64,000 nucleotides of DNA from Eledone cirrhosa (lineage: Eukaryota). Every line of letters starts with the position of its first letter. The first letter of the stretch is position 1. A program made the position numbers and the translations under genes. The notes below the pieces were generated by a model. The model was not told where the DNA came from. It did no database searches and saw only the letters and a list, made by a program, of their open reading frames with translations. Location of the stretch: contig OZ024740.1 of NCBI GenBank assembly GCA_964016885.1, positions 159,154,001-159,218,000 on the forward strand. The letters run 5' to 3'. Positions 57,101 to 64,000 of the stretch are shown here, piece after piece.

Positions 57101-58844
57101 TCTTTTTGGAGTTCTGGATCTTAGGGAGAGTGTCTCGTTCCCCCATGTCATATTCTTTTATTTTCATCCATTCGATCATAATTTCATCCTTCAAGTTGGC
57201 AAGTTCATTCTCATTAATTTCTTTATCATTTACGATCTCATTATTTTCATTTTGAGTTTCATCATGAGCATGCACTCCCTCCACTTTTTCGATCCTTTCT
57301 TTAATTTGTTCTGTTGTCCGTGATTCCGCCCCAACCCTGGGATTCGAAGTCTTACAATTTACCTCGTTTTCACTGACACATGTTTCATTTTCCCTTCGCT
57401 GACTTTGTGCTAATAGCTTGATCTGATCAATTTCTATATCAGTTAGTAACTTTTTTTTAACAATATTTCTTCGTATATTGGCTAGTCTGTTACTGACAAT
57501 ATAGCCTCTGTTTTCGGGATGTTTCTTTTTTCCAGTTGATATATGTTTGTTCTGTATTCGATGTATTTGATGGGTAGTACATGGTAGTGTAGAAAGCCTC
57601 AAGAACTTGTTTATTGTCTTCCCTTAACCATTTTTCTCTCTTTTTCTTTGGATTTCTTGGTGGTGAGCATGGAGGGCCAACGGTAGGAGTATTCCGGTTA
57701 TGGGAGGTCTCCAGCTCCGAAGTGATGGGAAGGTTTGAACCATTAACTGATTTTTCGACCCCAGTCTGGTTCCTCTCTGAGGGACGCGGCCCTTTTTGAC
57801 GCGGGTGACGGCCGATCCGGTGTGAGATTTTATCATTTGACATTTACTTTATTTTGTCGCGTTTTTTCCTTAACCGCCAGGGGGTAATCATTTCGTGTTA
57901 CCACTTCTAGGACGAGTGTCAACCAAGACTAGGGGTCGTCCTCCCCTAGAGACACGGCTATTCCCCGCCGGTCGCCATTCCGGTATTTCTTGGTCACGGG
58001 GTTTTCTTTTTTGTTGTTTTTTTAAATTGTTATTATCATGAGTGGTTCCTTAATGTGAGAATTGCGTGACTTAAGAATGAAATTATTATTAATAATATAA
58101 TATACTTTTTGTCGAAGTTGCCTGTTATTGTTGTCGGCTATGACGGTGGTGGTGCTGGGTCTTTTTCTATTGTTGGTGGGGAAGGGGAGAGCCAGCAGTG
58201 CCATAGTCGTTGACGTTTGACCGGGTCACTAAGTCAGTCTAATTATATCTTTTGCTAGCCTCTCCCTTGTCTAGTGATACCGCCACCTTCCCCTTTCTTA
58301 AGTTAACAGAAGGTAGTGGGGGAATAGTGGTGGTTGCAATGAAGGAGTGGTGGCGGTGGTGATGGGATAGTGGTAGCAATGATGGAATGGTGGCGGCGGT
58401 GACTATAGTGATGGCGTTGTCGTTATTGAGTTTTGTTGAATAGACTGTAGTAGTATGCGTTTGTTTGATCTGTGTATCTATGAGGTTTGTCGCGTATGTT
58501 TAATATATGTGTTGACATATTTTCTTAATATTTGAATTAAACATTTTGAGAAAACTTGAGGTACAATAATAGTAATTATTATTATTATGCTTGGATTGTT
58601 GTTGGTGGTGGTGGTGAAATTGCCGTTATCTGGCTGTTGTATTTAGTGTACACAGAGGGGTGATGGGATAGGTGGCGTATCTAGTTTGTGGTGCTGGTGA
58701 AATTGCTGTTATTTGGCTGTTCTATATAGTGTAGACAGAGGGGTTTTTTCTTCCATTTATAACCATTTTCTTTTTGGAATATAAAATTTATAATACAAAA
58801 TTGAATATTTGAGCGATATAACAGGATATTATATATCCGAATTT
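54111..58844 (-). mobile_element. R4/Dong-type RLE non-LTR retrotransposon, family B (ORF 57843->54252, disrupted)
   Basis: KWKSPGKD, NYRPITCL, HLFYMDD and ANRPDIIL...IDMSVP...EKLSKY; 3' end in (TAA)n at 54086-54110; 5' limit inferred. Confidence 0.92.
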
Positions 58845-61800
58845 TCTGAGAGTTGAGTCTGGCGTTTTGAACTGTCTGACAGGTACCGATTGGGTTTCCC
58901 GAATGTACCAATGTGGACTTGGACAAATCGCATAGGGTCATCCAGATCATATCTAGATAGAGTATTTTGTAGGGAAATAGATAGGTCTAGCATAGGCTGT
59001 CCACAATTCAAGATAGTCAGCTACACGGACCACAAATTCGTGATCTGTGTGCTTGACTTAGATAGGCTTCATAGACGAGGACCCGGCTACTGGAAGCTAA
59101 ACGTGTCCTTACCAGCGCGCAAGGCCTACAGAGACCGGATTAGCGAACTAGTTAAGCGGGCCTTGACGGGGGCCATCGTCAACAACAAGTGGTGGTTTGC
59201 TCTGAAAAGAGCAACTAGAATAGAGTCCATTAGGTTTAGTAAGGCTTTAGCAATAGAGAAAAATAGAGCAGAGGGAGAATTAGTTAGAAAATTAGACGAG
59301 GCGCTTTGCAAAGGCATCGCGACCGACGTACTTGAGGCGAAATTGGCTTTTGACCAATTCTTCAATGCAAAGCACGAAGGCTGCGTTGTCAGAGCTAGGG
59401 TGCGTGCTCTCAGACACGAGGGGACGAAAGCCGTTCAATAGGCCCGAGTGGCGGAGGGGCGTCGTAGCAACAAAGCCACGATCCGGTCTTTGGTGGACCA
59501 CGACGGGCGCATGCTACTCGATGCCGGGCAAATGTGTGAAGCTTTTCAGCGACACTTCGCTCAACTGTTCAGGGGCAGTGGCGGGACGGATCGAGGGATG
59601 GACTTTAGTGGCTACCTCGACGGACTGCCGCGGCTCTCGGCCACTGAGGCGGAGTGTTGCGAAAAGCCGATAACAGCCGCTGAAGTACGGGAGGCAATAA
59701 CTGGCTGCACAAGGGGTAAATCGCTTGGTTTGGATGGTCTGACCTATGAACTTTACGTACAAATGCCAGACTTGTTTGGAGGCCTCTTGGCGGACGTCTA
59801 CTGCAACTGGCAACAGAACGGGAGAATTCCCAGCTCTGTGAGCCGAGGAGCGGTGGCGCTGCTGAGAAAGGATCCGAACAAGGGGAATAACATAGATAAT
59901 TTTAGGCCCATAACTCTGCTAAACACAGAGTTCAAGATTTTGGCCAAGGTGCTAGCAAAGAGGTTGGCGCTTGTCGTTGGTAGTCTGGTGGGAGAGGCGC
60001 AGACATGGGCCATTCCCGACAGATTCATCCACGACAACCTCCACCTCATGCGATACATCGTAGAGAGGGTAGCTAGGGAACCTGGCACGGGTGGGTCTTT
60101 GATCAATTTAGATCAGTCGAAAGCCTTCTATAGGGTGACCATCGTTACCTAGCGGCAGTCCTGAGGGCGGCTGGCTTTGGGCCCGTCTTCAGAGGCTGGA
60201 TCGCTGCATTGCACAGCGACATCTGCTCTTTAATGAGAGTGAACGGTCACCTTTCGGAACCGTTCAACATCATGCGCTCGGTCCGCCAAGGATGTCCCCT
60301 CTCGTCCCTATTGTACGTATCGACTCTCGAGCCATTACTTCACAAACTGGAGACGTTGAGGGGGTCCCGCGCGAACTAGGATGCGGAAGATCCGTGTCAG
60401 CATATGCGGACGATGTCACCGTAGTGGTGTCGAACGCTAAACACATCGAGGCGATCGGCACTATACTAAGAGAATACGAAGCGGTGACAGGAGCAATGAT
60501 CAACCAGGAAAAGTCAGTGGGCCTGCAGCTCGGCACCTGGAGAGCAGGTCCATGCCGTCCAACAGCGTCGTCGGGCGTTGGACGGACGGACCGGTTAAAT
60601 TGCTAGGGGTCTGGTTCGGTCCAGACCTCCAGACGGACAAAAACTGGGACGAGGTGAAGAGCAGGGTGGCTTCTCTCACCCAGAAATGGGTCGAGAGGAA
60701 GCTATCCCTGAAAGGTCGAGCGGAGAGGGCTAACGCGTACATCGCGTCCGTCATCTACTACCGCCTGATCGTCGTACCTTGTCCTAAGCCCCGCCTGACT
60801 GCGCAGGAGCGTTTGCTCTTTCGCTTTTTGTGGAAGGAATGCGCTCCGATGGTCAGGCGGTCCATCTGCTGTCAACACCCGCTACGTGGAGGGCTGGGCA
60901 TGCCGTGGCTGATGATGCGCAGACACGCACTCAGGCTACGACATCTCCACCTCTTCCTCGACGGTGATCACGTGTGGTCGCCGTTTGCTAGACACGTCTT
61001 TCCCCAGTTCGTTTCCTTGACGGAGCTGCAGTCCTGGGTCAAGCGAAGACCGAGAGGGAGCGCCTGGAGACTGGAATGTCTTCAGGCGCTCACAGCCCTC
61101 GACCAATCGGGCAATGTGATCGGTGGAAACTCCACCTCGGCGTTCTATAGAGGATTAGTGGAGGGGAAGAGCGACGACGTACTTGAGGAAACTCTAGGCG
61201 TCGACGAAAATCAACTAGCCAATCTCTTCGGAAGAACTTTTGGGCCGGGCCTATGGACAACTTCCAGCAATCTCTGGCCTGGCAGTGCTACCGAGGAGCC
61301 TTTCCAGTTCGGGATAAACTTTACAGGCATGGAGGTGCCGTCAGCCGGGCATGTCCGAGATACGCGCAGGGTGACGAAACCGTCCTGCACGCACTCGTCC
61401 AGTGTCCGAGCATTGCTGACTTGTGGGTTTATGTCGAACACCTGCTGTCGCGTTTAGGACGGATCCGGCTATCATCTGAGTCCATCGTGAGGATTGCCCC
61501 GCCCTCCTCCTTTAGCTGGGAAGGGCAGGCAGTTTTTATCTGTCTGGTGGCCATGGCGAAAGAGATAGTATGGTGGACACGTTTGAAAGGGCTGAAGACT
61601 AGCACTTACCTCTTCGGTGATGCTCTGATTGACTTTTTCAAATTTCATTTGAAAAGGAAAATCAGAGTAGAGAGGGAAGTGCTCTCTTCCCAGCATTTTG
61701 TTGAAAGATGGGTGAGAGAAGCAAGAATGGCCCGAGTGAATGGGCCTACTCTGAGTATATACCTGTAAATTAAAGGTGGAAAACTGGGAGAGGGCACTTG

Positions 61801-61940
61801 CCTTGGTGGTCAGGGTCATTGTGGCCTTTTACTGGGCTTTCTCCACAAATGTCCCTCCGAAGTCTCCCCCCTATTGGGGAATTTTTCATTGTTATTTTTT
61901 GTTACATCCTCTGTTTTTGTTTTTTACACGCAGAAATGCC
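58845..61940 (+). mobile_element. 5'-truncated L1/Tx1-type LINE (APE end, RT, C-terminal zinc finger, 3' UTR)
   Basis: SYLDR, YTDHK, GPGYWKLN, NFRPITLLN, SVRQGCPL, AYADDV, GGLGMP and CPR...ETVLHALVQCP; few frameshifts. Confidence 0.95.
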
Positions 61941-61941
61941 C

Positions 61942-63275
61942 ACTTTACGTACAAATGCCAGACTTGTTCGGAGGCCTCTTGGCGGACGTCTACTGCAACT
62001 GGCAACAGAAAAGGAGAATTCCCAGCTCTGTGAGCCGAGGAGCTGTGGCGCTGCTGAGAAAGGGGGATAACATTTTAGGAGGATAATAATTTTAGGCCCA
62101 TAACTCTGCTAAACACAGAGTTCAAGATTTTGGCCAAGGTGCTAGCAAAGAGGTTGGCGCTTGTCGTTGGTGGTCTGGTGGGAGAGGCGCAGACATGCGC
62201 CATTCCCGACAGATCCATCCACGACAACCTCCACCTCGTGCGATACATCGTAGAGAGGGTAGCTAGGGAATCTGGCACGGGTGGGTCTTTGATCAATTTA
62301 GATCAGTCGAAAGCCTTCGATAGGGTCGACCATCGTTACCTAGCGGCAGTCCTGAGGGCGGCTGGCGTTTCAAAGGCTGGATCGCTGCCATGCACAGCGA
62401 CATCTGCTCTGTGGTGAGAGCGAACGGTCACCTTTCGGAACCGTTCAACATCATACGCTCGGTCCGCCAAGGATGTCCCATCTCGAAGAACTTTCGGGCC
62501 GGGCCTATGGACAACTTCCAGAAATCTCTGGCCTGGCAGTGCTACCGAGGAGCCTTGCCAGTTCGGGATAAACTCTACAGGCATGGAGGTGCCGTCAGCC
62601 GGGCATGTCCGAGATACGCGCAGGGTGACGAAACCGTCCTGCACGCACTCGTCCAGTGTCCGAGCATTGCTGACTTGTGGGTTTATGTCGAACACCTGCT
62701 GTCGCGTTTAGGACGGATCCGGCTATCATCTGAGTCCATCGTGAGGATTGCCCCGCCCTCCTCCTTTAGCTGGGAAGGGCAGGCAGTTTTTATCTGTCTG
62801 GTGGCCATGGCGAAAGAGATAGTATGGTGGACACGTTTGAAAGGGCTGAAGACTAGCACTTACCTCTTCGGTGATGCTCTGATTGACTTTTTCAAATTTC
62901 ATTTGAAAAGGAAAATCAGGGTAGAGAGGGAAGTGCTCTCTTCCCAGCATTTTGTTGAAAGATGGGTGAGAGAAGCAAGTATGGCCCGAATGAATGGGCC
63001 TTCTCTGAGTATGTGTCTGTAAAGTAAAGGTGGAAAACTGGGAGAGGGCACTTGCCGTGGTAGTCAGGGTCACTGTGGCTTTTTAATGGGCTTTCTCCAC
63101 GAATGTCCCCCGGAAGTCTCCCCCCTATTGGGGAATTTTTTCATTGTTCTATTATTACATCCTCTCTTTCTTGTTGTTTTTTTACACGCAGAAATGCTCT
63201 TTTGTACCGTCCTGTATTGTCCTGTACTGTCCTTAATGTCTACTTTGTGTAAACCCTTGTGGTTAATAAAGAAAA

Positions 63276-63310
<35 letters not shown>
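61942..63310 (+). mobile_element. Second tandem Tx1 copy with a ~0.93-kb internal deletion, complete 3' UTR and (TTA)n tail
   Basis: Restarts at the equivalent of 59750 and jumps from the equivalent of 60297 to ~61228 at ~62480. Confidence 0.92.
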
Positions 63311-63311
<1 letters not shown>

Positions 63312-63312
63312 A

Positions 63313-63785
63313 AGGGCGGTGGTTTGGCAGTCTCGGTACAGAGTCGGACGCCATGTTTTGCACCATAGAGTTAGGGCCATTTATGATCTGAGTTCAAATC
63401 CCGCCGAGGTTAACTTTGCCTTTCATCCTTTCGGGGTCGATAAAACAACGTACCATCACGCACTGGGGTCAATTTAATCGACTTTCCCCTCCCCCAAAAT
63501 TACTGGCCTTGTGCCTATTATAGAAATCAATATTATTATTGTTATTATCATCATTAGGGAGTAGGTAATCAAAAGATTACCTACTAGACTCCAGCTTAAA
63601 TCAAATGAATTTACCTCATTTGGAAGCGGTAAATTGGCAGAGTCTTTAGAATGTCGAATAGACTGCTTTGCGGTATGTGTTCCAGCTCATTGCTTTCTGA
63701 GTTCAAATCCTACGGAGATTACTTTTCTCTTTCATACATTCGTGGTTGATAAATAAAGTACCAGTCCAGCATAGTGTCGATTCTA
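63313..63785 (+). mobile_element. Two SINE copies (63313-63535 and older 63626-63785)
   Basis: SINE consensus with an ATT tail. Confidence 0.85.
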
Positions 63786-64000
63786 TCTCTATATTTCTTT
63801 CGAATTTCCTCTCTATAATTTTCTTGTTCCTTGTCTTGAAGAAACCGGCAGTTTTTAGACTTGGAGAAGGATTGATCTGTCAGGATTCAAATATGCAAGG
63901 CAAGACGTATGTCATTATGGCACCCATAACACTCTAACATGAATTACGGCTCTATACAGACATACTTCATTCCTGAACTAAGACTATTTAAGCGAGACAG

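Overview
This is an AT-rich eukaryotic window made almost entirely of repeats, and I found no host protein-coding exon I can support. The tRNA-derived SINEs resemble octopus OK/OR-type SINEs, so a cephalopod (octopod) source is likely (inference). Non-LTR retrotransposons: several decayed L1/Tx1-type LINEs (APE+RT, one with an ORF1 CCHC knuckle), two different head-to-tail R4/Dong-type RLE LINEs ending in (TAA)n, and a decayed CRE-type RLE element. Other elements: fragments of at least three Penelope-like element (PLE) families, an internally deleted LTR element with a perfect tRNA-Trp PBS, a non-autonomous Helitron, a hAT MITE, a probable Chapaev transposase relic, about 15 SINEs and many (TA)n tracts. 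The most striking signal is about 15 distinct type-I hammerhead ribozyme (HHR) motifs between 7.8 and 40.7 kb, plus inverted copies, all folded by eye. Most sit in short non-coding units embedded in (TA)n with partial-tandem and/or inverted terminal duplications (retrozyme-like or non-autonomous PLE-like). Many share unusual features: a mismatch at the first stem II position, long or branched stem II, AATAAA at the cleavage site, and upstream E2F/CHR-like motifs. Structures and alignments were judged manually and boundaries are approximate.
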